The notes under the pieces are model-generated. The model saw only the letters and a program-made list of their open reading frames with translations, did not search any database and was not told the DNA's origin. From NCBI GenBank assembly GCA_002633005.1, contig NMRA01000282.1, positions 163,858-227,857 of the forward strand: a stretch of DNA of 64,000 bases, read 5' to 3'. Numbering within the stretch: the stretch's first letter is position 1; each line of letters begins with the position of its first letter. Positions 11,212 through 23,915 of the stretch are shown here, one piece after another. A program made the position numbers and the translations under genes. This DNA is from Phoronis australis (lineage: Eukaryota > Animalia > Phoronida).

Positions 11212-13216
11212 CCATCAGCCTAAATATTGCCTCTTAGTTTTAATTCCATGTTGATGTCCACCCGTTAACACGTTTGTGAGCTCATTCTCCGTGCATAGTC
11301 CGCTTATTTTATCTTGTAGTACAATACAAGGCAAATTAAAGTAATCATGGCGACTAATTCTGTGAACAACAAAAATGGCTGGTAATAACTGTAATGGGGG
11401 CAAGATTCTTATTGCAGAATGGCTTAGCCACCTTACGAACTTTCCTGTTAATTCCACGTCATTCTCAGCCACGAGGGAAGACTGCTCAGACGATGAATTC
11501 GGTTTCCGACCAGCCGTAACGCCGGAGAAGTCCGGGTCATTTTGCCTGAATACATTTGCCGTGTACTTTAATACGCAGAACTTATGCAAACCTTATCCTA
11601 CAGACAGTACTGACGCCTGTCTTCGAACTACACTGTATATAAAGTACTTAGTACAATTCCTAATGTACAGAAAAATAACAAACTGTTTTAATATTATACA
11701 TTCTCTTAGCCTTAAATTCGGAAGTAACGATTAAATATCAGACAAGTCAACTCACTTGACTTTCCAACTATCTATAAGGAAAATAATACAATGAGGCTGT
11801 ATTTTCGGCTTACACGAAGTAGATAGCGCGCTGGTGGCCAGAACGAGATTAGGGCAGAAATGCGTTGTTTTCGAGCGATATTAAAATTTTTAAAAGTCGT
11901 GATCCCGAAATTGTTAAGGCGGCCTTGCTGTTAGTCAGGCCGCCTGGGAGTTTAATCGAATTCCCTTTGGAGAAAAGACCCATTGGAAATCCCTATAGTT
12001 ATATGGAAATTTTGACAGCTGATGTGTGTTGGATCATGACGGTGGCGGAAATTTAGGGAATGCAAGGCAACCAGTTTATTGACGACGACATAGCTGGGAT
12101 GGCATCTCGGCGACAATGGTGAACAGTGAGGTAGAAGGTTGGTAATGACTTCAGGTGTGAAAGACTGTTTTGCACCAAATGGAGGTTCAAAAATTTCAAC
12201 TTTTATTCTCTATCCCAGTCACCAGGTGGCGGGGCCGTCTAATCAACGAGTCGTCTCACCTAGAACTACCGTAGCACATGTCGAGGAAATCGAAATTTCA
12301 TTAGAAAGCTAAAAATAGTTCGCTGACCACGATATTTACAAAAAAGGAAACAGAAGAACCAAGGCCGGCTATCAAAAGCAGGAATGGTCGGTTGACATAG
12401 TTTTTTGATGCCCATAATATGACCGTATCTAAGAAAACTAGTACACGCTAGTGTTTGCTTACGAAGAGAGTGACTGCAACCTTTTGGTCCTTCTGACCCC
12501 GCAAAGTTACGTGAGCGGCATGGGAGCGCTTCGCCAGCCCGGAGTATATCCGGGACCTTACTAACATACCATAACAAAATTGCTGTCACCGAAGTGATTG
12601 GTTGGTAAGGTCGGAATGTTAAATTGTGGTATAGAATTCACCGTTTCTGTTTTCATAATCGCAAATTCCTTCGCACCCCTACTGAGTGTTTTGCAAGTGT
12701 CTTGGGTCTACGGAAGGCAGCCTGGAATATCACCACTACCTATTAGGTACTGCCGCTAACTGGCAATTCATTCTAAGTTGCTAGGGGTGTTACAAGAATA
12801 AGAATAAATTATGTCGCATTCCAGAAGTTGTTGAGGTGGTGAATCATCGTATGGAAACTTTCCGTGAACTCATAACCCAATGACCCCACGTCCCTCCATA
12901 ACGTAAAAAGTTGTGATGGCAGTCTAAATTCATTCAAATGCTGGTGGAGTATTTCCGTAATTTATGGATTCATCTGCATGAACGTTAGTGCTTGTGTAGC
13001 TGTTGGTGTGCGACTTTCGATTCGTTTAATACGCCCGTTAGTGAAAATATTCTCGTAGAGTATTTTCCGGAGGTTTTCCACAAAATTCCTCAGTGTTCAA
13101 CGGGCCTAATATTGCAAGTCACTGGCTATTGAAAGCAAGGGAAACAAACCGGGGCTACGGTCCGAAACGCAAGACGCGCGCGAGATACGTGTACTTGGGG
13201 CGACAAATCTTCGCTT

Positions 13217-13310
13217 ATGGAACGGAAACTGGGAGTTTTCTCCTGTACTTCAAATTTCCAGTATCACCTAGTAATCACTTCAATGACGGCCGGTTTGCTA
13301 ATCTACGATG
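13217..13310 (+). CDS. Putative first coding exon (signal-peptide-like) of a nested antisense gene
   Basis: ATG at 13217, MERKLGVFSCTSNFQYHLVITSMTAGLLIYD, G|GTAAAG donor in phase 1, compatible with acceptors at 15018 and 15057. The link is inferred. Confidence 0.3.
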
Positions 13311-15017
13311 GTAAAGTCTCGACCCTACTCGCCAAACACCCGCCTTTCACTCACGAGTGTAGTTTCGCGTGGTCTTACATGATCTCTCTTTTCGCGCAAG
13401 AAACTTGCTTTACGGAATATATCCCAGGTGTTCTGCCTGTAACACACAGCAAGACCTGTTTGATCTCGCCAGTTGAGCTAGCCATGACACGGGTTATTAT
13501 TGAACGTAGATACCTGGGTTATCAATTTATTATCCAGTCTCTAGTAAAATGATTAATGAAAACCCGGCTTTGACCAATTAAAAGATATTAACTACCACTT
13601 ACTCACCTTATTCTTTAATATGAAATATTGCCTTGTAGCTCTCGTCAACCCTCAGAAAGCTTGAAGCAAACTTGAAACCCCCTTAAACAGTTCGTTCAAT
13701 CCATAAGCGTGACTAACGCTTTAGGCGAGTTACCCGACAAGCAAAGACCGCCCCCCGAGAACCAGTCGGAATACACTTTTTGGCCCCATAGGGAAGTTTA
13801 ATAGCTCAAGAGATGTTCCAGTGTTGCATTGACAGCTAACAGTACATATTTGGGTGAAAATCCCAAAACAGGGTTTAATATCCTTTTAACTTTATAATCT
13901 AGGTGTAATATATTATAATCATTTTCAATTACAACAACTGATTTGGTGTTTCTGTTGCTAGGATAAACAAGCTACTTTAACTTCGTGATGCCAACATTAT
14001 GACACAAACATCAAACGTCATTCATTTCAAAGCTCGACCATCGCAGGACATGGCTGTCAGTGCGATGATGTGACCTTTGACCATTGGTGGCAATGTTCAG
14101 GTTACTTGTGGTATTCTTTGCTTGTTTATCGTACTATAATAACGCGTGTCAAAAATGCATTAACAGGTAAATCGCATATTTTTGCATGTTATTACTTTCT
14201 CTATCATAAAAACTGCACTTTCCTAACCGGATTGAAAGCACAACCCTATTGTCTGTTGCATCGAGAATCGCTTTGAACCAAATTTCAACTATCTTATCCC
14301 ATCACACAACTTTTACTGCTAAAAACGTTATTACTCTGCATTCTACAGATTTCATCGTCGTATGGTGTTGAATAATTTGGAAATTTGGCCGTTCGTAAGA
14401 AGGCAGCCATGTGGCGCTAATGTAATCTTGCATAGCATATTCAGGGACTGGACAACCCTCGTATACACTTAGACACTCTAAGTTATAGTCGCTTTTAAAA
14501 AACCGTTAGACCATCTCAGTTACCTTTCTGTCGTCCACTATGACACACAATGTTTGAACGCCGTTTAGTATGAATTTATTTTACACTCTATCAGTGAAAC
14601 GACACAATCCTCCAGAAAATTCATCACACCTGACGAAGACGAGTGCTGCTTGGAGATTCTCAAATGGTGGCTCGACTTCACAACAAAACTCGGGAACTCT
14701 TTTGTGGAAAGTTTCCTAGCATTTCCGCGTTGCATAAGTAAGTCTTTTATCTGTTTTAAACGACATACTCCATTGAGAGTCTATATTTGACATTGCATCA
14801 TAATATTGCCATCGACAGAGAAGAGCGGCAACCGATCTCCAATAACAATTTCCACGATCATGCTCGCGCTTTTCAAATACCGTAATATTAATTAATAAGA
14901 AATATCGTGACAAATATGGAGATAAACTTCTCTGTGCTTCGTTAGACGTGTGTTTTAAGATGTTTTGAACTGCTAAGCGCGGGAGGACATGTTCATACGC
15001 ACTTTTGATTATTGCAG

Positions 15018-15751
15018 TAAACACGGTCAACGATCTTTCGACATTGTACGTAACAGGGCTCCCCGTTTCCGAAATCTGTAAACAGGAGAGAGGCACTGAC
15101 GAACAAAGAGACAGTCTTATTAAGCAAGGTGACAACGAGGCGCAAAATACACGTGAAGGCCACCAAGTTGACGAGATTGAAGCTCTAAAGTCCAAAGTGA
15201 GAGTTACCGTGGCACACCTCATGAAAAGCGTGGAACCAAAAAGTGACGAAACGGCCACAGGCAAAAAGAAGGAATTTACCGTCAGTGCCGCTCTTACCGG
15301 CAGCAGGGAAAAAGAAATTAAAACAGATGTGCCAAGAAGAAGACAACATGAAGCGGTTGTAGAGACTGGGGACGGCAATGTCACCGGTACTTTGAAACCT
15401 GTGAACGTTACTGTATCTAATGAAAGAGAAGTGGGAACAGAATATAAAAGTGTTCCTAGCGATGGGATACAGGCAAGTAAGAGTCGAACAAATCACAATA
15501 GAACAACGCCTAAAGAACCATTTCGCCGCGAGGTGCCTTTTCATACGGTAGAAGAGGTTAATTTGGACTATGCTTCAGAACGTGGAGACTTGGAAGACTG
15601 TCTTGAAGTAAACAAAGATACTGGGAATACACTCTCGAGGTGCCGCAAAAGATTAACAACATCCGAAGAAGTCGACATGCTTCTGACGACATTCAAAAAT
15701 GAAAAGAACGAGGCACCCTTCGATATTATGAAAAGGTTGTTCCGGCTTTGA
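15018..15751 (+). CDS. Large terminal exon of a nested antisense gene; hydrophilic, prohormone-like product
   Basis: Longest non-gap ORF in the window (248 codons); protein-like E/K/T-rich composition; two in-phase AG acceptors (exon starts 15018, 15057); basic clusters KKK, RRR, RR and RCRKR. Confidence 0.6.
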
Positions 15752-16120
15752 AGGAAAGGTGCTCTTCTCGTGTGCTGCCATTTGGTTTTCGTGTGTAAAA
15801 CAGTCTCGAAGGTAGAAAATCTGTTCTGACTTTTAAAGGGACACTAAACCCTGTTTTATTTCACTGAAAAGGGTTTTTCCGCATGCTAACGCTGAGAGAT
15901 AAAAACATTATTCAGATTGCCTTAAGTAAAACTAGTTTCTTAATTACAAATTTGGTGTGATCACACAAGATTTTGCGATATATTGCAAACGACAAACGTG
16001 GTCGTACTAGCTTTTACTTGCGAAGCATGTGCTATTTCTCCACCGCAGTCGGGTGTTTAACACAAGCGTTAGTCTTGCCAATTTAGTTTTCAAACTGTTG
16101 AGGGCCGAAGAGGATTACAT

Positions 16121-16915
16121 ATAGATTATTACATGGCGAAGTCGTTATCCCCCGCTCTAGATAAGGGGGATAACGACTGAGAACGTGTAGTAATCTATTT
16201 ATACCACATACTAAACGAGAAACATTGCAATGAATCGATCTACCTTTCGCGACTGGCCTCGGCTTTGTAACTACTTTCTATGTCAGAGGCCCGGGGTCGG
16301 AGGTCGTGACCTTTTAAGAAAAGCCGAGCTATTTTTGTCAAATAATGCTTTTACTCAAAACCAATTGGAAATTTAAACAAAATAGAAACGAAGTGAATCT
16401 ATAAATTAAGGTTTAGCAACTATTATAGCTTACTACACATTTTATCACGCTAAGCTTCGACTGGGAAAATATCGTCTGCTAAAGTAGGTTACCACTCGTA
16501 ATTGACTATAATGCTCAAGTCAAAGGATCCCGACAACACGATACACGCATTCAAATTGGAGATCGGTGATTTACGAGTGAGAGAACACGAGAGAAAAATT
16601 TCACTGAATTAAAATATCGTTTTTATGGATGATATGCGTTATATTTTTCATAGCGCATAAATGTCGGTGCAATGCCCTTTGCTGAACATGCGATTGTTGC
16701 GCGTGCTCATTTAAGTATTCTATTTTTACGTTTGATGACGTCAGCCGCTGATTGGTGTAGTGGTAAAGTAGGCGACTCGAAACTCTTGAGGCCCAGCTTC
16801 GAATCCGGCCTCGGTTTACCGCCAAAATGTTATCTCACTAGTGAGAAAACTTTATGGGTTATTACAAGGTTGTATCTGCCATTTGAGGCTAATATTGTGG
16901 TATAAAAAACATTAT
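16121..16915. mobile_element. Non-autonomous element with a terminal hairpin, subterminal inverted repeats and an internal tRNA-like segment
   Basis: Perfect 14-bp stem at 16140-16153 / 16165-16178. aatctatttataccaca (16192) pairs imperfectly with tgtggtataaaaacatt (about 16896-16912). A-box/B-box-like sequence at 16744-16815. Confidence 0.55.
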
Positions 16916-17251
16916 TTTGTTTCAAAGGTTTAAATGTTAAAGGAGACAGTGTGTGACAGCGATTTGACCACGTAGTTTCATTTGAAGGACCCAGGTTCAA
17001 CTCCCGGCATTCGTGGCAGACACTCCAGCAATGCACCAACGTGTCTCTTCCTCCCTAGAGCTAGGTAGCGGTTGTGAATGGCTGCGACGGAGTGACTGAA
17101 GACTTGTAGGCGTGCTAATATGTTTTAATGATTTTGTAGCAAAAAATAGGAACTGACATCTGTTGGAGAGTTGGGAACGGGGTTCAGTATCTATTCAAGT
17201 ATTAGTTTATTCTTTCCTACGAAAGCCTCTTGGACTAGAGAATGTGCTCAC

Positions 17252-17359
17252 CACAGCGGTCAACTTGCGAACAAGCTTGACGGGGTCACTTCGACTTCTG
17301 TAAGGGACTTCAGCTTTATCCAGAAGGTAGAACACACAGTCCAGCATGAAGTCCTCAAA
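17252..17359 (-). CDS. TGM: Transglutaminase exon 5 (FEDFMLDCVFYLLDKAEVPYRSRSDPVKLVRKLTAV)
   Basis: Translated by hand; ttttag acceptor, GTG|GTGAG donor; RxDPVxxxR pattern. Confidence 0.95.
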
Positions 17360-17872
17360 CTAAAATGAAAACGTTTAAGTCGCACAGCATAGATCAAGCA
17401 ACTGTGGGGCTCTCCCATAGAAAGGGTTGATAACGACGAGTCGCTAACTCGGCAGGATATTTTACCCTCTCAAATAATGTCTTGGTTAGGCATTTTGCTC
17501 CCAGGTGTCTGTGCGGGTGAGTATGTTCCCCTCAAAAGTATATCTCCGATGTGCATTTTGCCCTCTCGGGTATATTTTCTCGGGTAGATGAAGGACGGAA
17601 GCGACTAGAAGTTCTCCACTTGGTAATATTTGGGATACCCACTTTCCCTGTCACCAACGGGTTGGCCTGGGTTTTGAATGTGCCATGTAGTCCTCCGCTC
17701 CCCCTCCCACCTATCCACCCATTTTGCGGCCGAAACCCTCTACTCTACACTATGTTTTTGTGCAATGATATTAAAATGTAATAACCAACATTAAAAAAAT
17801 CAACAACATTGGAAAACTAAAACCTAACATGGCGCTTGACTATTGAATCAGTCTCTACAACAAGGGTTTTAC

Positions 17873-17991
17873 CTGTCCAAAGTTCCAGGGTTTCGACGAT
17901 ATTTGCTTGCTGTTGCCGTTATAAATCTTCCCGTAATCGTTTAAAACATACTCGAGTCTGAACGATTCATCGTCCATGTAAACCTGGTCAT
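17873..17991 (-). CDS. TGM: Transglutaminase exon 4 (DDQVYMDDESFRLEYVLNDYGKIYNGNSKQISSKPWNFGQ)
   Basis: Translated by hand (not in the ORF track); EYVLND and PWNFGQ motifs; ttacag acceptor, CAG|GTAAAA donor. Confidence 0.96.
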
Positions 17992-19088
17992 CTGTAACGA
18001 ATGAACCAAGGCTATAAATCTTGACAGGTATGGATGTATCAACTCTATAACGTAGGTATTCATAGTTCAGCTGATTTATTCTCCGGCATAACGAGTGACA
18101 TTGAGTGAATGATGTGTTGTTCAGAAGCAGCCTTACCTCCGAGTTCTACCAAATGCGTGACATCAGATTTGCTGTCTTTTACATTCTTAGACACTTTGGT
18201 TTTATATGTACTTTGTATCAGAAATGGCTAGCTTTCATGCTTGTTTTTTCAAGCTTCTTCCCGATCTTAAAAGACTTTGCGGGCTTAGGTCACAACACAT
18301 AGCTCAACCGTTGTGGAATCGCGGGAGTAAATTTTTCATGCTTTGTTAAATTGTATCCTCTGTTTGAGAATCTGGACTTACGCTTAGTATCTTTAATATA
18401 AGAAAGTTTGATTTTTAATTGAGTTTACACGTATAGAGTGTCCTAAAAGTGTTCAGAATACTCTGAAATATGAATGCCAGAAATTGGTTTTACGGGGGTA
18501 GTAATATTTTTTGTACTCCATCCAAATGCATATTTTTCAATGCACAAAATTTGTTATCTTGCGCACAAGTTGCTACCAACAATATTTGCAGCCACGGCAC
18601 AAATCGCTAGCAGCGCCTGGTGTCTTATACTTTTTACTTCCGGCAAGTACGTCGTCTGCTCATTAACCGGAAGGGGATTTGTGCTTCAGTTGTGCGTTAG
18701 AAGAAAGTGGCGTCTTCTCTTGGAATTCCATAAGAAAACATCAGAGTTGCAAATCTGATGATTGTAATCTATGATTTCACAAATTCCAATGCTTCCTCAG
18801 CAAGGCAATCATGTTAGGAAATGTTACAACTAGCTGTAATTGCTGGCTATGTATAACCGACTCTTTTACACCCTTCGCACGCCCCACAGAATAAGCATAT
18901 CCCAACCTATTTTAAAATCGACGACAAATTCCACTACAGAAATCATAGGAACAGTTTTTTATTAGTTTTGTTGAGAAATCCTTCGTATTTGCGCTGGAAC
19001 TTCGATTTCCACTGAGAAGGCCTATTCCTTCACCGCTTAGTTCACGGGTTATCTCGAAAATGGATTCTAGACTCAGAATGGAACTCAC

Positions 19089-19346
19089 CGGGGCACCAGG
19101 GATTAAAAATCATGTAGATAGGATCCGGGTGGGTATACACGTACTCCTGCCTCGAATCCGAAAGCGATCCGATGTAGTTTATCTTGAGCGTCCATTTACC
19201 CACAATGCAATTGGATGGCGTGAAGATGGTGATCTCTACGTCGCGCTCGTTCTGGCTCTTGATTTTGGCGCCCCATTGATTTGGCAAGTCATCGGCAGAC
19301 AACACAATGGGCACCAACGTTCCTTTGTTGATTTGAGGCTTGTTGC
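19089..19346 (-). CDS. TGM: Transglutaminase exon 3 (GNKPQINKGT...CIVGKW...YMIFNPWCP)
   Basis: ttcag acceptor, G|GTGAGT donor, FNPWC motif. Confidence 0.96.
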
Positions 19347-20518
19347 CTGAAGTTAACAAGATATTCTTACTCTTCTATAACATTCCTAGTCATAATTCTA
19401 ATAAAGGCGTAAATCGTTGTGCTTCGTACTCGGGGTACGCTTACTTACATAGACTGGGGGTCCAAGAAGCGACGTCGGCGTCTTCAGCAAAAGCTGCTCT
19501 GCGGTACAATTTTTGGCAGGATGTCAATGGTTCGACCACAACCTTTGCTTTGCGGTTTGTCAATGTTTTGCTAGGGTGGACAGGAGGTTGTGTGTCGGCT
19601 TATGGTTCATTGGGTTAGTTAAGCCTACACGAAAAGTGTACACCCTTGCACCCTGGGTCCTTCCCCCTCGATAGCCATACTTTACTTCACTCCTAGTTGC
19701 CACAGTTTACACCCAAGGTCGCACCACCTCAGTGGCCACAATTTCACCGCCTCTCCCCATCACCATGCCCCACTGCCATAATTTCTTCACCTGACACCCG
19801 TCACTGTAATGAGAATTACTTTGCCCAACATGTGCGAGCTGGGCCCCCTGCGAGGTGCGCGTTATTTGTGTAGGAATCGGTCTCAAACAGAAATCGATGT
19901 CAGTCTGAAGCTCACGCGGAGTAATGCACACAGTCTGGTCTAAATGATGAACGGTTTTTATTACTTTTCTTCCTGGAATTCTGATGAAAGTTGAAAGTTG
20001 AACTTGGTTATTTTTAAGAAAGTTACATTTCCCTGTTTTAGCTGGATAAGCACGAAAATCGAATTAAGTCTCGTATTCTTAGCGGTCTAATAGTCCTTAC
20101 AGTTACACGATTCTATTTCCGCTACCAAATCAAGTCACAGGCACTGCTTCTATAAGTCATTTTCCTGTACGCAATTTTGGGATTGGCCTACTCCAATAAA
20201 CTGTGAAGCGTTGCCTTAAGTCGTTGATGGCTTTGATGGTCAGTAGTTCCTGTTCGCAACGGAAATTGAATCCTGCCCGGTAAATGAGACAGATTTTGCG
20301 AGAGTAAAAGTCATAATTCGACTTCTGATTTTGATTCAGGGCAAATTTCAGCTTTCAAATGTACTTTTCAAAAAGTACTTTTCTCAGTGTGGAAATTATG
20401 TATGCACTCCAGTCTGGAATTGATGGACAATAGCGTGCCAGAAACGTTGACCTAGAACAACAACTACGCCTGAATGCTATGCATGGCTGAACCGCAGTCA
20501 CTTCCCTCTCATACTTAC

Positions 20519-20752
20519 CTATCTGAAATATGATCTTCAGGTCATCTTTAGCCTGATCAAAGGGTTTATCGAATCGCACAGTGATATCGAATTTTTTGCC
20601 GCGCCTTACGACGAGCTTCGCAGGAACTACGGCATCGCCCTCGGTGCTATCTTCCGTGATCTCGTAAAAGAAGGTCACGTGAGGCTTGACGTTTTCCGCC
20701 ACATTCAAGTCGACGCTTTTGATTTGAAGAACGCGCTCATCTTTTGGACGTT
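20519..20752 (-). CDS. TGM: Transglutaminase exon 2, N-terminal beta-sandwich (RPKDERVLQIKSVDL...LVVRRGKKF...IFQI)
   Basis: tttttgcag acceptor, G|GTAAGT donor, LVVRRG motif. Confidence 0.95.
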
Positions 20753-23700
20753 CTGCAAAAACAATAGTGACAGTCATTACTCAAAAGCTGGTGGTTTTCT
20801 TTGAGAAAAACACGTCGTTCGGGACTGACAAGTTTCGAAATATCCTTATAATTGTGTACCCCTTGTTATGGTGATTGCCATCCTTTTTCTTTCTCCTGAT
20901 AATGCCGGCAGGCTTTCATTTGAGTGACAAAGGCAGGGTTCGGCTAAAAACACAATGTGCATAGAGTATATACCTTCAGATTCATAGGTGGCCACATCAC
21001 GTTACGTGGTCTGAAAGGATTACAGTGCCGGCCGGTGCTCAAACCCTTGACCATTCATAACTTTAAAAACACAGTGATATGTATACATGAATGTATGATT
21101 CTTGATATTTCCCTACAGATGTCGTGTAACTCGCTTAAAGTGTTAGCCACTCTTGCCCGTCAAAATCATACTTTGTAAGGAGTTTTAAAAAATTGCCGCT
21201 AACTTTTGAGGGTTGACTAGGCTTACAGGGCATTATTTTGTTTTAGAGAGCTGAATGGGAAGGCGTTATTAATATCTGTTAACAGGCTAATAACGGGTCT
21301 GGTGTCCTTCTAATTCCTCAGTGGGTCAGTGTCAATTACTATTACAGACACTCGAACTCTCACTTGACAAGTTACTTAGTTACCATGACTCGCTTGGTGT
21401 ATTAATGTTGCATTCTTGTACAAGAACGCCATCTCACTGTAGGTGAATCATATGTGACCCAGGAACGGCTAAGGAGGTTTGCATTTATAACATACATATA
21501 CAGGCCTATTGTAGTACACTGCACCAACTCATCTCAACAAACGCTCCGGTTTGTACCTAGATAAAGTCACAGGTCTGCTCAGTGTTGCTGTTGTGTAACG
21601 TGAATGCGATCCCCCCACTTTTTATGAGCAGATACAATCAGGTTGAAGGGGAAACGTGAGTGATGGTATGACTAAATTGTTTGTTTAGGAATAAACAGTT
21701 TATATTTTCACGCGTTCCTTTTGTTGTATGTTCAATGCTCGCGAATTCTGGGATAAACGCTTGATTCAGCTGGTTTGGCATAGGTTATAACTATATTTAT
21801 ATGAACGAATAATTTATGAACTGGTTCTAAAAATACTCGCTGACGGGGGTTTTCAGCTGCTTACCGAGTCATATGCTTGAATTGCATAGGTTTTCAACTC
21901 TTATTGGCAGACCTGGTTCTGCGATGTGTACATCTATGGAACGCACAGGAAAATAGCGATTGTTTCTTGCTACTTGAACACTTATTATTTTCGGTTAATA
22001 TATTCCTTCAAATGATTCAGAATTTGGAATTAGGGAGTGGATTTAAATGAGACAAAAGAAAACGCCAAATGGAAATTTAGCGATGTTTACAAACAGTTGG
22101 CCCTGTCACCATGACAACTCACGATGTCACATTTACCCTTGTTTCGTCCCTTGGTGGGAGTTATCGCCTGCAATGCACGAGTCAATGATTTAACTGGTTA
22201 AAATTTTGTGTGGTCAACGGTCTTTACTACGAACATTTGGCTCCGACATCATGACAACTCTCTGCTTGATCGTCTGGCGGGCGTTATCGCCTGCTCTGCA
22301 CGAGTCAATGGTTTAATTCACTACTTGTCACCAATATGCTTGAAAACGAGGTGTTGTGTCCAAATTACAAATGGTTCTGCATGTTTGGAACATGTTTGTT
22401 GTTACAATTGATGCGTTGTGTCCTAAACAACAACACACAGGCTGGGGGGCTACTTTTTTCAGCGCTGCGCCGCCCATAACACAACAATATTTTTTGCAGC
22501 GCCACTAAAGCGTGGAACGACTACGCCAGGCAAACGTTATTGTCTGCACTCATGGTCTCACGGCTCCGTTTTAATCCAACGTAGTGAAGGTGAGGTCACA
22601 GCTGTTCAATGCTTTCCGAAAAATGGCATGAGTTCGACACTTCTTAAATATTTTGTATCTACACTTGTTTATCTACATAATTCTCCTTGATTGAAGTCAC
22701 AAATGTAGGATGCGCAAACCTAATGAAAGTCCAATCTTATCGTCTGCAGCAAAAAGAATGTTTCTTATCGCAAACCAAAAATAAGGCGCTGTAAACAACT
22801 ATTTGGCATGAGCACAGACGCGGCGGTCAGATAATGTTGCAAGATAGGAAACAAACACTCAAGTGTCATTTCAAATCGTTCAGATATTTGATATACCCCG
22901 TTGCTTTTGCTTTTGCATCGAGTTCTTTTTTCTTTTTTTTTTTTTGGTGCCATTGGCATACGAGTGCTTTTCGGAACGCCCTCAGGCAGCCGTGTTCGCA
23001 TTTTGCGCAGTTTAAAACAATTGGCACACACTTTTAAAGCAATTAACCGGCTGGCTGTCTCTCGAACGAGTTATTATGACAGCATTCGACTGGTGGGCGA
23101 TGGATTGAAGATTCAGCCGCAACACTTGCATATTGTTTGCGCGAATCCTACCTTGCCGAGTTTAGGAATGCTGACCGAAAATAGTTTGCGTTTTCAGGAA
23201 TGGCATCCTGCAGGCGCCATTTTGTTTTCCGGACATATCCCACTAACATCTTCAAACTTGCACTATCAATGTCAATTTCATTCAATTAATATTTACTGAA
23301 TGAAAAGATCTCGCTTAATTCTAGTTATACAGTCTTGTTTTTCCTGGCCGTAACTGCTTTTCGCATTAAACGATTTAGAAGTAGAGGGTCGCAGGAGTTA
23401 AATCGTTTCACATAAGGGTTTTGAATTGCAGTTGCCACTTGCCACAATACCAGTAACGACTCCGGGTCACAGACATGCGGGCAAAATTTATGTTCGTAAA
23501 ATAGGCGTTTCCAATGTGAGTGACTCACATTTTATTTTGCTATATTATTGCATATCTGAATAATTCGTATTCAGGGAAGTGGTGAAATTAGCTTGCACGA
23601 ATATATTCAGAGTTGGACTATTTATACATTTGACATTTTTATCTAATTAGTTTTGTAAGTGATTGAAATAAAATCTGCCCGGATTACGTTAGAACTGTTA

Positions 23701-23915
23701 TAAATATCTAAAAAGAGATGCTACGTGTTTGCTTTCAGCTATAAGCTACTGGCATATTGCAATTATGACATTGCATACAAATTTAAACATTTCATAAACT
23801 TAACATATGTAAAACTGGACAGCAAATTTCTAGCGCTCGTTGAAGAGTTTAACACAAATTTAAACATAATCACCACAGAGGATGACGGCAATGAAGTCAA
23901 ATCAGTTTTTATTAC

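Noticed and set aside
14716-15544. Minus-strand ORFs of 222 and 119 aa
   Set aside because: Antisense shadows of the plus-strand ORF at 15005-15751; the S/L/V/F-rich composition is typical of a reverse frame.
16744-16815. Possible tRNA gene (similar B-box remnants near 16990 and 33310)
   Set aside because: A/B-box-like words are present, but I could not fold convincing acceptor and anticodon stems; more likely tRNA-derived repeat heads.
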